Virus record (IMG/VR): IMGVR_UViG_3300032287_004484
Coordinates: 186,001 to 250,000 of that record
Reading direction: 5' to 3' (one strand)
DNA: 64,000 nt
Part shown: positions 9,561 to 20,340 of the stretch, in pieces
Numbering within the stretch: position 1 is the first letter of the stretch
Layout: every line of letters starts with the position of its first letter
Notes under the pieces: model-generated
The model's database searches: none
Told to the model about the DNA's origin: nothing
The model's input: only the letters and a program-made list of their open reading frames with translations
Translations under genes and position numbers: made by a program

Positions 9561-10460
9561 GTGATTAAATACATATTGATTCTACTTTTATTGTTTTGTA
9601 AGAACGATCAAAAAGAACAAAGATTAAAGGCACAAAAGATTTTTGGTAATATTAAAGTTGAGAATCCAGTTGACCAAAAGAGTATTGATTTAGGTAAGAA
9701 ATTATTTTTTGAAAAAGCTTTATCTATTAATAATACTTTTAGTTGTAATAGTTGTCATGTTATTGATAATTATGGTGTTAGTAATGGAAATGTTAATGTA
9801 GAAATTAGTTCTATTCTTATTAAAAGGAATATACCAACAGTTTATAATTCTAGTTTACAAAATAAACAGGGATGGGATGGTAGATTTAATTCTGTTAAAG
9901 ACATATCTATTAATTCAATATTTGATAAAAATAAATTAGGTATACCAAATCAAAAACATCTAGTTAGTAAATTAAAAAAATTAAGATATGATAATGATTT
10001 TAAAGAAGTTGATTTACCTTTAAATTCTGATAGTGTTGGATTAGTTTTATCTCGTTATATTGATACTTTAGTTGTTAGAACTCGATATGATCAGTGGGTA
10101 GATGGTGAGATCGATTTTAATGATGATGAAATTAGTGGATTTAAATTATTTTATTCTTCTAATTGTCAAAGCTGTCATAGTTCATCTACTTTTGGTGGTA
10201 AGAATCTTGCTAAGGTTGGCATTTTAAAACACTTTGATGTAAAAGATGAAGGTAGATATTATATAACAATGAATGAATCTGATCGTCAAGTTTTTAAAGT
10301 TCCAATGTTAAGAGGAATCACAAAAACTCATCCTTATTTCAGTGATGGATCTGTTAATACATTAGAGGAAGTCATTAAAATAATGGGTGAATATCAGCTA
10401 GGTAAGAATTTTAACGAAAAGCAGATTGATCAGATAAAAACTTTTTTATTGACTTTATAA
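9561..10460 (+). CDS. di-heme cytochrome c peroxidase/MauG family protein, predicted lipoprotein
   Basis: Two CxxCH motifs (CNSCH, CQSCH), LGKKLFFE, RNIPTVYN, WDGR, FKVPMLR, PYFSDGS; N-terminal hydrophobic stretch ending LLLFC. Confidence 0.88.
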   Translation: MIKYILILLLLFCKNDQKEQRLKAQKIFGNIKVENPVDQKSIDLGKKLFFEKALSINNTFSCNSCHVIDNYGVSNGNVNVEISSILIKRNIPTVYNSSLQNKQGWDGRFNSVKDISINSIFDKNKLGIPNQKHLVSKLKKLRYDNDFKEVDLPLNSDSVGLVLSRYIDTLVVRTRYDQWVDGEIDFNDDEISGFKLFYSSNCQSCHSSSTFGGKNLAKVGILKHFDVKDEGRYYITMNESDRQVFKVPMLRGITKTHPYFSDGSVNTLEEVIKIMGEYQLGKNFNEKQIDQIKTFLLTL

Positions 10461-10501
10461 TTTTAAGATAAAAAGTTATAAAATAGTTAAGAGGCAGATG
10501 G

Positions 10502-10813
10502 ATGGTAAAAATTAATACAAGTTATTCTAATCTTTTTAAGTTACAAGAAAAGAAGTTGAGTACTGATGAAGCTGTTAAGATTTATGAAGATATTTTTAGT
10601 TCTATGGAAAAAAACAATAGAATTGATATTAACAATAATAACTGTGATCAATTTGATGGAGAAGATTTTTTTTATATTTCTTTAAATGAATTAAAGGAAG
10701 TTTTAAAAATATCAGTTGCTGTTCAAAATATAGATGAAGAGATTGCTGAATACATTATTGGTCATGGAGAATTTTTATCTCATTTAAGTGATTTAGATAG
10801 AAAATTAATTTAA
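10502..10813 (+). CDS. hypothetical protein
   Basis: 103-aa ORF with GAGG SD. Confidence 0.6.
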   Translation: MVKINTSYSNLFKLQEKKLSTDEAVKIYEDIFSSMEKNNRIDINNNNCDQFDGEDFFYISLNELKEVLKISVAVQNIDEEIAEYIIGHGEFLSHLSDLDRKLI

Positions 10814-10859
10814 TTTTAAAATAAACATTCATACAATTTTACTTATACAATAAAGTTGT

Positions 10860-12068
10860 ATGAAAAACATAGAATCAATCAATCGAATTTTTTTATTACC
10901 AAAATTTAAACTTCAAAGGTCTGATAGTTGGTATGAGTTATCAATTATTGATTTAGATTTAGGAAAAGAAGTTTATAATTTTGATTGGAAGAGGCCATTA
11001 TCAGCACTTTTTAATGTTTTTGAAAAAAGATTAGATGAAAAAATAAACGCTATATTAGATTATAAAAATTATGAGGAAGAAGATTTAACAGAAATGGAAA
11101 ATGAAAATAATAGTATTGTTGTTAAAAAAGGTGATATTTTTATTAGCGATATAAATAATGAAACGCTTAATGAAGATTTTTTAAAGAAAGATCCACCTAA
11201 ATTTTATAGAGGTTTTTATTTTCCAGAGTTTACTCCTAATTTTATAAATCGTGTTCGTGCTAAAAGAAATATATTTTTAGCAGGTGAATCAGGTACTGGT
11301 AAAAGTGAAATGGTTCAAAAATTAGCTGATTTTTATGGGCAAACTTTAATTAGAATTAATTTTCATCAAGGAGTCACTGAAAGTTCTTTAATTGGTAAAT
11401 ATATCGTTAAGAATAATGAAACTCAGTTTGCTTATGGATTAGTTCCACTTGCGATGAAAAAAGGTTATTGGTTATTATTAGATGAGATTGATTACGCTGA
11501 ACCAGAACATACGAGTGTTTTACAAGCTGTTTTAGAAGGTAAAGAATTAATAATTACTTCTAATGAAGGTGAAATGGTTTCTCCTCATCAATTTTTTAGA
11601 ATTTTTGCTACAGGTAATACTACTGGGCGAGGTGATTCTTCTGATTCATATCATGGCACTAATTTTATGAATTCTGCTTTTTTAGATAGATGGACTATTT
11701 TTCAAATGGAATATTCTAAAAGAGAAAATAAGATTCTTAACAGTATTATTAATGATTTAGAATTATCTAAAAAGATAGTTAGAATTTTTGAGTTATTTAG
11801 ATCACTTAAGAAAAATGGTGATATTACTAATTCTGTTTTTAGTACGAGAAGAATGATGAATATTGCGGAAGCACTTAAGATGGGTGATTCTATTGGTGAA
11901 GCTTTTAAGTATGAATTATATAGTCGATTTAATGAAGATGAAGCGATGATTTTAACAGAGTGTATTCGGGATATTTTAGATCACGAATGGTATTTCGTTA
12001 AAGATTGGAAGTTAGGTGATCCTCATCACTCTCCACAAGAAACACTTCAAGAGGTTAGTGTTAATTAG
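10860..12068 (+). CDS. MoxR/CobS-like AAA+ ATPase
   Basis: Walker A GESGTGKS, Walker B LLLDEIDY, sensor ATGNT, AFLDRW, STRR. Confidence 0.88.
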   Translation: MKNIESINRIFLLPKFKLQRSDSWYELSIIDLDLGKEVYNFDWKRPLSALFNVFEKRLDEKINAILDYKNYEEEDLTEMENENNSIVVKKGDIFISDINNETLNEDFLKKDPPKFYRGFYFPEFTPNFINRVRAKRNIFLAGESGTGKSEMVQKLADFYGQTLIRINFHQGVTESSLIGKYIVKNNETQFAYGLVPLAMKKGYWLLLDEIDYAEPEHTSVLQAVLEGKELIITSNEGEMVSPHQFFRIFATGNTTGRGDSSDSYHGTNFMNSAFLDRWTIFQMEYSKRENKILNSIINDLELSKKIVRIFELFRSLKKNGDITNSVFSTRRMMNIAEALKMGDSIGEAFKYELYSRFNEDEAMILTECIRDILDHEWYFVKDWKLGDPHHSPQETLQEVSVN

Positions 12069-12076
12069 TGTTATAT

Positions 12077-12114
12077 TTTTAGGTTTATACATCTATTTTT
12101 AGTTAGTATATACT
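12077..12114 (+). promoter_or_regulatory. conserved phage promoter
   Basis: TTTTAGGTT-TATACA-17 bp-TATACT. Confidence 0.7.
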
Positions 12115-12144
12115 ATTTATAGTAAATTTAACGGAGAATATAGT

Positions 12145-12555
12145 TTGGATAATTTTAATATAGAAGTAAATAAGGTTTACAAAATTAATGACCAAGAGTT
12201 CTTATCTAAAGAGGAAGCAGTTAAAAATATAGCAATAAATCATCTGAAAGAAATTGTTGATTTAGGTGTAAATGAAGCAATTAAAAAATCAGAAGATTTT
12301 ATTAAAAATTTAAAACAGATTGTTACAATTAAAAGACATGGACATACTGGTAAAAATTTAAAAGCTCTTAATTTACTTCTCTATAAAGAGGAAGGACATA
12401 TAATATTTAGGGATAATATAGATTATTTTAAATATTACATTTCTAATGATTCTAATTTAACTTACCAAATTAGGTTTAAAGGTACAGTTAGTAAGATGAT
12501 TTCTATTTATGAAGAGGATGGTTTACAAGGTTTATTAAAATTTGAAATTAAATAA
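12145..12555 (+). CDS. hypothetical protein
   Basis: TTG start with GGAG SD downstream of promoter. Confidence 0.6.
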   Translation: MDNFNIEVNKVYKINDQEFLSKEEAVKNIAINHLKEIVDLGVNEAIKKSEDFIKNLKQIVTIKRHGHTGKNLKALNLLLYKEEGHIIFRDNIDYFKYYISNDSNLTYQIRFKGTVSKMISIYEEDGLQGLLKFEIK

Positions 12556-12601
12556 GATCGTTAAATTAAAATCTCAAGATTTTAATTTATAAGTGATATT
12601 C

Positions 12602-12639
12602 TTTTGGGTTTAAACAACAAATAGAAAAAATAGTATTAT
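12602..12639 (+). promoter_or_regulatory. conserved phage promoter
   Basis: TTTTGGGTT-TAAACA-17 bp-TATTAT; helicase ATG only 8 nt downstream (near-leaderless). Confidence 0.65.
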
Positions 12640-12647
12640 TATATATT

Positions 12648-14345
12648 ATGGAACAGCTATCTAATAATTTACAATTCAAACTAAGAAAAGAGCAGCAAGA
12701 AGCGATAGATTTAATTATTGATAACATTGAAAACAATGGAATTGAAAATATCATTCTTGATGCTCCAACTGGTAGTGGAAAAAGTATTATCGCTATGTAT
12801 CTTTCAAATTATTTTTATGAAAAATACAATAAAACTGGATATATACTTACTTCTAACTTGGCTCTTCAAGATCAATATGAAAGTGATTTTTACAGATTCA
12901 ATCAACCTAATTTTATATCTTTAAAAGGTTATCAAAATTATACTTGTTCTGTAAGTAACACTTCTGTAAAAGATGGATTTTGTCGAAGTTATAATTTACC
13001 AATGCCTCAAGTAAAGAAACTTGACTGTTATGATTCTTGTTCTTATTATAAAAGAAGGACTGGAGCAATTAATTCCGCAACTGCTTTACTTAATTATCAG
13101 TATTGGTTAGTTCAAAAAAATTACGTGCAAATTAAACTTGGATTTTCTTCTTTTAAAAAGCGAGATTTTATATTTTTTGATGAGGCTCATAATATAGATA
13201 TGATTCTTCATGGTCACTTTATTTCTTATCTTAATAAAAATTTAGATATTGATTTAAGAAAATTATATTCTATATTTACAAAACACAAGATTAATTATAA
13301 TCCGCATTTTTTTACTTCTGATTACAACTATTTAAGATTCAATAATACTGTTGCTGATCACATTAAAAAATTAAATGAAATTTATCTTAAATTTAAAGAT
13401 ATTAGGGTTAATTGTAATTGTGTAAAAGATGAATATCAAAAAACAGTTAATTTAAAAATTCCATCTATGTCTCCTACTATGATAGAAGAAATAGCTTTAA
13501 TAAATTCTGTATATGATTGTATTTGTAAAATAGAAGATTTTTTACATTATATTGTAGATGTAAATCAATTACAAAATATAGTGATTACTAAAAATGAAGA
13601 TAGTATTCATTATAATTCTGTTGATTCTCGAAAATATTTTGCACTTTTCTTTCATAGACATTGTCCTCCAATTAAAATATTTATGAGTGCTACTTGGGGT
13701 TCTAATTTTGGATTTATTATGAAAAATTATTCTTTAGATCCAAATGTAACTAAAGTGATTAAAGTAGATCCGCAATGGAATTTTGATAAATCACCTATTT
13801 TCTTTTTAAAGAACAGTGGAGAGATGACTTACAACAAAAAACAAACTTCGATTGGAAGAAATCTTTCAATACTTGAAAAAATTATCGAAGAACATAAAGA
13901 AGATAATGGAATAATTCATACTGTTAATTATGAAATCTCAAGTTTTATAAAACAGCGAATTAAAAATCCAAAATTAATTTTTTACAATGGTTCTAAAGAA
14001 AAAGAAGTTGCTATTGAAAAGTTTTTAAAAGAAGGTGGAATACTTGTAGGTCCTAGTCACTTTGAAGGAATGAATTTTGAGAATGATACATCTAGATTTC
14101 AAGTGTTAATGAAAGTACCATACATGACTCTTGCCGATTCTTTTGTTTCAGAAAAAAGCAAAAGAAATCCTACTTGGTATAATTGGAAAACTTTTCTTAC
14201 TTTATTACAGAGTTTAGGAAGAAGTATTAGAAATGATTCAGATTGGTGTAAAACTTATATTATAGATGGATCTTTTGAAAGATTTTTTGATGGAAATTAT
14301 ACTTTCTTTAGTAAGGAGTTTCAAGATCGTTTAAAAACTAAATAA
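12648..14345 (+). CDS. DinG/YoaA/Rad3-like SF2 DNA helicase
   Basis: DAPTGSGKS, FFDEAH, MSAT, EGMNF, QSLGRSIR; Cys residues compatible with an Fe-S cluster. Confidence 0.85.
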   Translation: MEQLSNNLQFKLRKEQQEAIDLIIDNIENNGIENIILDAPTGSGKSIIAMYLSNYFYEKYNKTGYILTSNLALQDQYESDFYRFNQPNFISLKGYQNYTCSVSNTSVKDGFCRSYNLPMPQVKKLDCYDSCSYYKRRTGAINSATALLNYQYWLVQKNYVQIKLGFSSFKKRDFIFFDEAHNIDMILHGHFISYLNKNLDIDLRKLYSIFTKHKINYNPHFFTSDYNYLRFNNTVADHIKKLNEIYLKFKDIRVNCNCVKDEYQKTVNLKIPSMSPTMIEEIALINSVYDCICKIEDFLHYIVDVNQLQNIVITKNEDSIHYNSVDSRKYFALFFHRHCPPIKIFMSATWGSNFGFIMKNYSLDPNVTKVIKVDPQWNFDKSPIFFLKNSGEMTYNKKQTSIGRNLSILEKIIEEHKEDNGIIHTVNYEISSFIKQRIKNPKLIFYNGSKEKEVAIEKFLKEGGILVGPSHFEGMNFENDTSRFQVLMKVPYMTLADSFVSEKSKRNPTWYNWKTFLTLLQSLGRSIRNDSDWCKTYIIDGSFERFFDGNYTFFSKEFQDRLKTK

Positions 14346-14443
14346 TAAAATAAAATAATCATATAAAGTAATTATGTTTATAAAATATAATAGTAAGTAA
14401 TTTTTTAATAAGAAAGCTTTACTATCGTTAAAAATAATTATAT

Positions 14444-14947
14444 ATGAAACCACTATTTGAAGCTATTAATAACATTTTTGTTGAAGATCAAGAGGTTGAA
14501 AAACTTTCTAAACACCCTTATTATAAGGGAGTTGCAAAAGATCAAATTTTAGATAGGCAAAAATGGTTTCAAGAGAAGAAAAAAAAATACGAAAAAGACG
14601 ATTATTCTGTTTATAAAGAAAAAGGTCCTGGTCAAGATGTAGAAACTAAACCTAGTCCTTACACTAAAAAAGTTAGAAAAAAAGTTAAAAAGAAAACTAA
14701 AAAAGTTAAAACTGGGCTTTCTTTATCAGAAAAAGCAGAATTATTTAATGTTCCAGAAAAAATTCTAAAAAAAGTTTATCGTAGAGGAATTGGTGCTTGG
14801 ACAAGTGGACATCGACCTGGTGTTGGTCCTCAACAGTGGGGACATGCTAGAGTTAATTCTTTTCTTACAAAAGGAACAACTTATTATACTGCTGATGTTG
14901 ATTTAGCAAAACAGTGGAAACTTTATAAAAAGAATCAAAAAAAATAA
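14444..14947 (+). CDS. conserved viral protein (DUF5824-like)
   Basis: KKVYRRGIGAWTSGHRPGVGPQQWGHARVNSF, a motif I recall from large viruses; family name from memory. Confidence 0.6.
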   Translation: MKPLFEAINNIFVEDQEVEKLSKHPYYKGVAKDQILDRQKWFQEKKKKYEKDDYSVYKEKGPGQDVETKPSPYTKKVRKKVKKKTKKVKTGLSLSEKAELFNVPEKILKKVYRRGIGAWTSGHRPGVGPQQWGHARVNSFLTKGTTYYTADVDLAKQWKLYKKNQKK

Positions 14948-14959
14948 AGGATATTTTTA

Positions 14960-15142
14960 ATGGAACCAACAACTCCTTATGAAAGAAGCATGGATTTTTT
15001 AATGTCAAATGGCGATAATTTAACAAAATTAAAAACTTTACTTTTTATAAGAAGTGAATTAAATAGAGTGCAAGAAACACCAGAAACAATTTATATTAAA
15101 GAAATTATTTCTGGTTTAGTTGATGTTATGTGTGCAGATTAA
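14960..15142 (+). CDS. hypothetical protein
   Basis: 60-aa ORF with AAGGA SD. Confidence 0.5.
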   Translation: MEPTTPYERSMDFLMSNGDNLTKLKTLLFIRSELNRVQETPETIYIKEIISGLVDVMCAD

Positions 15143-15399
15143 AAAACTCTTTTTTGATTTGGATCTCTAGGTAAATATTTTTTCATTCCATCGTCAGCTT
15201 TTCGATAGTCATTAACATAAAATCCAGTTCCTTTAAAATGAATTGGTGTATTAGAAAATACCTTGCATATTTTAGTTTCTTTTCCGCAATCTTCACATTT
15301 AACATGTTCTATTTTTTCATTAATATCGTGAAAAACCTCTATATTAATCTTACAATTTGGTTCAGTGCAATCTAGTTTTTTATAATCATATGATGGCAT
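15139..15399 (-). CDS. FmdB-family zinc-ribbon protein
   Basis: MPSYDY..C...C..CEDC...FKGTGFYVNDY. Confidence 0.8.
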   Translation of the reverse strand: MPSYDYKKLDCTEPNCKINIEVFHDINEKIEHVKCEDCGKETKICKVFSNTPIHFKGTGFYVNDYRKADDGMKKYLPRDPNQKRVF

Positions 15400-15524
15400 A
15401 TAATAAATCTCCTTTTATTTATTTTATTATTTTAATCTTTTTTTTTAATAAAAAAAAAGATAAACGTATAAAAATAATATAACCAGTCCCATAAAATGGA
15501 GACAAAAAAAAGGAGAGCAAGGAA

Positions 15525-15950
15525 TTGAAGAATTATATTATAAAAGGTAAAGATGTTATATTTGCTGTAGAGATTCAAAATACTACTACTGATCAAGTAT
15601 CTGGAACTTGGAGTGGTGGTGCTTATGGAACAATTGTATATCCAAAAGCTTCTGCAACTAATCCAATGTATAAATTCGAACCATTTAGTGTTGGTATTCA
15701 ATTAGCAGGAACAGGTGTTGTTGATAACAGTGCTAACTATACTGTTGTACAAAATAATACTACTGGATTTGTTGGTGTACTATCAACTGGAAGATCATGG
15801 CAAGTTGGATCTAAAATTTTATTTCATGGTGTATTCGTAGAAGATCCTACATCTGTAAATGCTGTAACCAATGGAATTGATAATAGTTATGATGATCAAG
15901 GAAATACTACAGTTACAAGATCTAAAGCAGCAGGAATTAGCATAACTTAA
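15525..15950 (+). CDS. putative virion (head decoration/fibre) protein
   Basis: TTG start; G/T/S/V-rich beta-type composition like capsid and sheath; own terminator. Confidence 0.5.
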   Translation: MKNYIIKGKDVIFAVEIQNTTTDQVSGTWSGGAYGTIVYPKASATNPMYKFEPFSVGIQLAGTGVVDNSANYTVVQNNTTGFVGVLSTGRSWQVGSKILFHGVFVEDPTSVNAVTNGIDNSYDDQGNTTVTRSKAAGISIT

Positions 15951-15960
15951 AAATATACTA

Positions 15961-15989
15961 AAGAGGGAAAACATTTTCCCTCTTTTTTT
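15961..15989 (+). terminator. intrinsic terminator
   Basis: aagagggaaa-acat-tttccctctt plus T-run. Confidence 0.85.
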
Positions 15990-15999
15990 AGGAGAAATA

Positions 16000-18900
16000 A
16001 TGAATAATTTTACATATTATATAGAAAGAACAGTAAATTTAGCTGGATTTAAATCTGGAGGATTAATTTACAATTTAGCTCTCGCTATTTTACATGAAAT
16101 TCAAAATAAATCAACATCTGAACAAAAAGAACAATTAAGAGACGCAAATATACCTAATTTACAATCATTAATGAGCATAGTTGATAAAACAAAAAATCAA
16201 GTATCTAACATTGCTAGAAATTTAAACGAAACAGAATTACCACCATTACCTGGAAAAAAGAAAAGATCAATTAATTTTCATAATTATTCTAGATCAAAAA
16301 TCATTCAATCTTTTTATGTTAAAGTTTTACCTACTCATTATATTTTCTTAAACTTTTTAATAGAAAATGGTTATATTTCTGAAACTTTTAGTTCTAGTTT
16401 AAAACAAATTTATAACGCTCTTAATCAAATATACGCCAATCCTGATTTACTAGATAAAGAAAATCCCGTATTTGAAAAACTTATTTCGTTAGATGCTGAT
16501 GAAAAAGAAGTTCTTTATACTAGTGTTGAACAATATATAAATAAAGATAAAGTCATATCTAATCCAGTTGAAGTTGCTAAAATGATTCAATTATTATTTG
16601 ATAGAAAGGTAACAAGTGAATCTAATCAAAAAGTAAAAATAACTTATAATGAAGCGATAAGAGTTTATACTAAATTATCTCGCATGTTTCAAAAAATAAA
16701 AGATCTTTATTCTCAGCAAGGTGAAAGTTATGGTTTTTCTAATAAAGAAATAGAACTTTTAGCTTCTGCTATGGAATATAATTTAAGAAATCCAGACGAT
16801 ATTGAGAAAACATCAAAATTCTTTTCTGATAAAAAAGAAGAATTAACAAAAGCTTTTTCAACATCAATTGGCGATTTTTTATCTGACTATAAAACAAAAC
16901 AAAAAACTAATCCTGAATTTAGTAGTAAAAATTATAATGATTTGACTAAATATGGGGTTAATACTCCAGAAAAAGCAGCTGAGTTAATTGACCTTATTGC
17001 TACTAGGAAAAAAAGTGCTGATATAAAAAGATTTAATCAAATTATAAGTTTATTAATAGAAATATATGCTCCTAAAGAAAATATTTCTAAAGACGATGAT
17101 GATATAGAGGCTGAAAGAGCAGGTTTAAATGAATTACCAACTCAAATACCTTTTGAAAGAATACCTCATAAAGTAAAAGATGGTAACTTTAAAATACCAG
17201 ATGCTTTTGATAGATTTATAAATATTACTGGTAATAAAAAATTATATCTTCAGGGTAAAGAAGATATAACTGAATTAGTTAAAGAGTATGCTGAAGCATA
17301 TGGTGATGAAATTAAAAACGTAACTAAACAAGTAACTACTTTTGGAGATACTAGAACTCTTAATATATTAATGAATACAATTATTGATGAAAAAGATTCT
17401 AGCATGGGTCCATCTGCTTTATCTCAATATGGTGATCCGTATGCTGCAGAGGTAAGTAAATTAAAAAAAATTAATTTAGATATATACCGATATCTTGAGG
17501 ATTTTCAAAAAGGTATAGTTAAAAAGAATGAGTTAATTACTTTTATTAAAGATATTCAAGAAGAAACAATTACGCAAATACTTTATCTTTATAAAAAAGA
17601 TGCTAAATCAATTAGGGACATTAAAAAATCAGATATAATCCCTATTTTTAAAATAATATATGATAGTAAAGAAGATAAAACTATTGCTAAGGGAGTTAAA
17701 GAAGTCCTTAAATTAATTAATAGAATATTAGAAAGTTATAGAGAAGAAGTTGATTTATCTCAATATTTTAAAATTAACCCAGAAACTAAAGCCCCTAGAA
17801 AACCATTTATGTATTTAGATGATTATAAAGATAAAGCAACTGGAAAAATGGTTAAAGAACTTTTACCATTTTGGTTTAATCCAGAAGATCCATTTAATAA
17901 AAAAGTATGGTTTTTTACACAAAATGAAATAAAATTAATTCAAACGATATTAAAGACTAGAAACCTTTTAGCTGGTGGTGCTTCTAATAGCGATATGGAT
18001 GAAATATATTTAGATTTTATTACTATAATGAGATTAGCACTTAATGGACACTTAAAGAAAAAAACTGGCGAAGATAGTTATGAATCTCTTAATATAGAAG
18101 ATTTAAATGAAGAATCACTTAAAAAAATATTAGTTCAATATCGCGCAGATTCAAAAAAAGAATTTGAACAACATCGAATTGATAGAAAGAAAGAAGCAAG
18201 AATGGTCGGAACTGTTAAATCATCAGAAAAATTAAAAGAACAAAAAGAGTTAGGAATAAAAACTTATAGTAAAGCAGATGTTGCTACTTTTAAAAGAGAA
18301 TTAAAAAAATTAAATAAAATCATTGAAATTACTAAGAGTGAAGATTTAGATGAATTATTAAGTGATTATTTTAGGATTGATTATATAAAGAAAAATTCTA
18401 TAACTAAAGAAGTTGAGTATGATGAATTAAAAAAATTCTATGAAACTTATAATAAAATAATTAAAATTAAAACAAGTTTTAGTAATATTAGTCAACATAT
18501 TCGTCAAAAACCTTCTGGAGATGCCGAAATAAAGGATTTTTTAATAAAAACATTTAAAAGTAGATTTATTGTTAGTGATAGTGATATTAAACTTGCTAAA
18601 TCTATTTTCAAAGAAAATGAATCTGTAAGTTTTTTTAATATTAAATTTTTTGTTAAAGATTTTTTAGCTGCTAAAAATAAACAAATTGAAGATATAGCTG
18701 GTAGACTTAAAACAGATATTAATATTATAAACTTACCAGAATTAGATGATAAAAACATTGCAATTTTTTTGAAAAAAATATTTAAAGGTATGGAAAAACC
18801 TACACCTGAAGATATTCAAATTGCTAGAATAGTATTTGATAGAAATGATCCAGAAACTGTAAAATTAGAAGGAAAAATTAACGTAACTTTTTTTAAATTA

Positions 18901-20340
18901 ACTTTTGAATATTTTTCTCAGTTAAAAGAAGCTGATAGAAAAATAGCTGATATTGATAGAATTAAACAGATTGTTGGTAAAGAAACTGTTGCTGATATCA
19001 TTTCTCCAAATTCAACTTCTAAATATTCTAATATACTTTATTTAGAATTAACAGATTTATCTAAAGAAATTAAATTTTCAAGATCTTCTACTCCAATTAC
19101 AATGATTCTTTCTCCTGATACAAAAGATGGTGATTCTGGATCTTATAAAATTTATGTATCAAAACATTACTTAGATGATTTTTTAATTAAAAACGATTAT
19201 CTTTCTTCAGAAGATTCTAATAAAAAACTAAACGATAAAGAAATAACAGTTGAAGGTGTTGATATTAATCAAGACGAAAAAGTTTTAGTTATTAATGGAA
19301 AATATGAAACTATTTTTACTCCTTATAAAGGAGAATTAACAGTTGATGATATTTATAATATTTATTATGGACAAGATGATTTAACTAACCCAATTGAAGA
19401 TCTTAAAAATGCAAAAACGGCAGAAGAAGTAATGGGTGCTATTAAAAAGAATAGAAAAAAGGTTCTTGAATTAGAAAGAACAGGAATGAAACTTCAACAA
19501 AAAGCATCTGGACAAAAAGTTGATAAAATGAGATATATTGAAGATGAATTATTTTCTAATTCTAAAGAACTTTTAGACTTATTTCAAAAAAATTCAGATT
19601 TAATGATATCATCTTTACCAACAGTTTCTTCTAAACAAGTTTCTAAAACTAAAAGTAATATTGAAAAATTCAAAGAAAAAATTGATTCTGAAATAGATGC
19701 ATATAGAAAATTAATTTATTTTTATAGAGATAGTATTAATGATGTGGCTGGATCTAAAAAAATTGAAAATATAGTTGAGAAAATTAAAGAAAAAGCAAAT
19801 CAAGTTGTTAAATTTTTCTTTAAATTTTATGATAATTATATTAATCAATTTTTTAAATTATTAATTGATTTAATTAAAGAAAAAAATCGTTACTTTTTAT
19901 CTATTGAACAAACAAATAGTGGAAGTAAAATGGTTACAAAAATAATTTTTAATAAATCTTTATATAGTAGAGGAATGTATTCTACATCATATGAAAGCAG
20001 AATTAAAGATATAAACGATTTTATTGAACATTATGCTAATTTTAATGTTTCATCTGATAAATTTATTTTACTAGATATTAAAGATTTACAAGAAAAATTT
20101 CTTTTTATTCAAGAAGAAATGGAAGGATTTTTAAGTCTTGTTGAAAATGATTCATCTAATACAGAAAGCGTAGCATCTAGTGCTGTAGATATTGAATTAG
20201 AATCTAATCAAAAATCAATAATTACAAATAGAGCGGTTTTAGTTGAAAACTTTGAAACAGGATATAAAAAAGTACAAATATTAAAACCAAATAAATTAAT
20301 TATTTTACATGATATAAAATCTAAATATGAAATTAAATAG
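16000..20340 (+). CDS. large hypothetical protein (1446 aa)
   Basis: Long ORF with AGGAG SD; no recognisable domain. Confidence 0.7.
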   Translation: MNNFTYYIERTVNLAGFKSGGLIYNLALAILHEIQNKSTSEQKEQLRDANIPNLQSLMSIVDKTKNQVSNIARNLNETELPPLPGKKKRSINFHNYSRSKIIQSFYVKVLPTHYIFLNFLIENGYISETFSSSLKQIYNALNQIYANPDLLDKENPVFEKLISLDADEKEVLYTSVEQYINKDKVISNPVEVAKMIQLLFDRKVTSESNQKVKITYNEAIRVYTKLSRMFQKIKDLYSQQGESYGFSNKEIELLASAMEYNLRNPDDIEKTSKFFSDKKEELTKAFSTSIGDFLSDYKTKQKTNPEFSSKNYNDLTKYGVNTPEKAAELIDLIATRKKSADIKRFNQIISLLIEIYAPKENISKDDDDIEAERAGLNELPTQIPFERIPHKVKDGNFKIPDAFDRFINITGNKKLYLQGKEDITELVKEYAEAYGDEIKNVTKQVTTFGDTRTLNILMNTIIDEKDSSMGPSALSQYGDPYAAEVSKLKKINLDIYRYLEDFQKGIVKKNELITFIKDIQEETITQILYLYKKDAKSIRDIKKSDIIPIFKIIYDSKEDKTIAKGVKEVLKLINRILESYREEVDLSQYFKINPETKAPRKPFMYLDDYKDKATGKMVKELLPFWFNPEDPFNKKVWFFTQNEIKLIQTILKTRNLLAGGASNSDMDEIYLDFITIMRLALNGHLKKKTGEDSYESLNIEDLNEESLKKILVQYRADSKKEFEQHRIDRKKEARMVGTVKSSEKLKEQKELGIKTYSKADVATFKRELKKLNKIIEITKSEDLDELLSDYFRIDYIKKNSITKEVEYDELKKFYETYNKIIKIKTSFSNISQHIRQKPSGDAEIKDFLIKTFKSRFIVSDSDIKLAKSIFKENESVSFFNIKFFVKDFLAAKNKQIEDIAGRLKTDINIINLPELDDKNIAIFLKKIFKGMEKPTPEDIQIARIVFDRNDPETVKLEGKINVTFFKLTFEYFSQLKEADRKIADIDRIKQIVGKETVADIISPNSTSKYSNILYLELTDLSKEIKFSRSSTPITMILSPDTKDGDSGSYKIYVSKHYLDDFLIKNDYLSSEDSNKKLNDKEITVEGVDINQDEKVLVINGKYETIFTPYKGELTVDDIYNIYYGQDDLTNPIEDLKNAKTAEEVMGAIKKNRKKVLELERTGMKLQQKASGQKVDKMRYIEDELFSNSKELLDLFQKNSDLMISSLPTVSSKQVSKTKSNIEKFKEKIDSEIDAYRKLIYFYRDSINDVAGSKKIENIVEKIKEKANQVVKFFFKFYDNYINQFFKLLIDLIKEKNRYFLSIEQTNSGSKMVTKIIFNKSLYSRGMYSTSYESRIKDINDFIEHYANFNVSSDKFILLDIKDLQEKFLFIQEEMEGFLSLVENDSSNTESVASSAVDIELESNQKSIITNRAVLVENFETGYKKVQILKPNKLIILHDIKSKYEIK

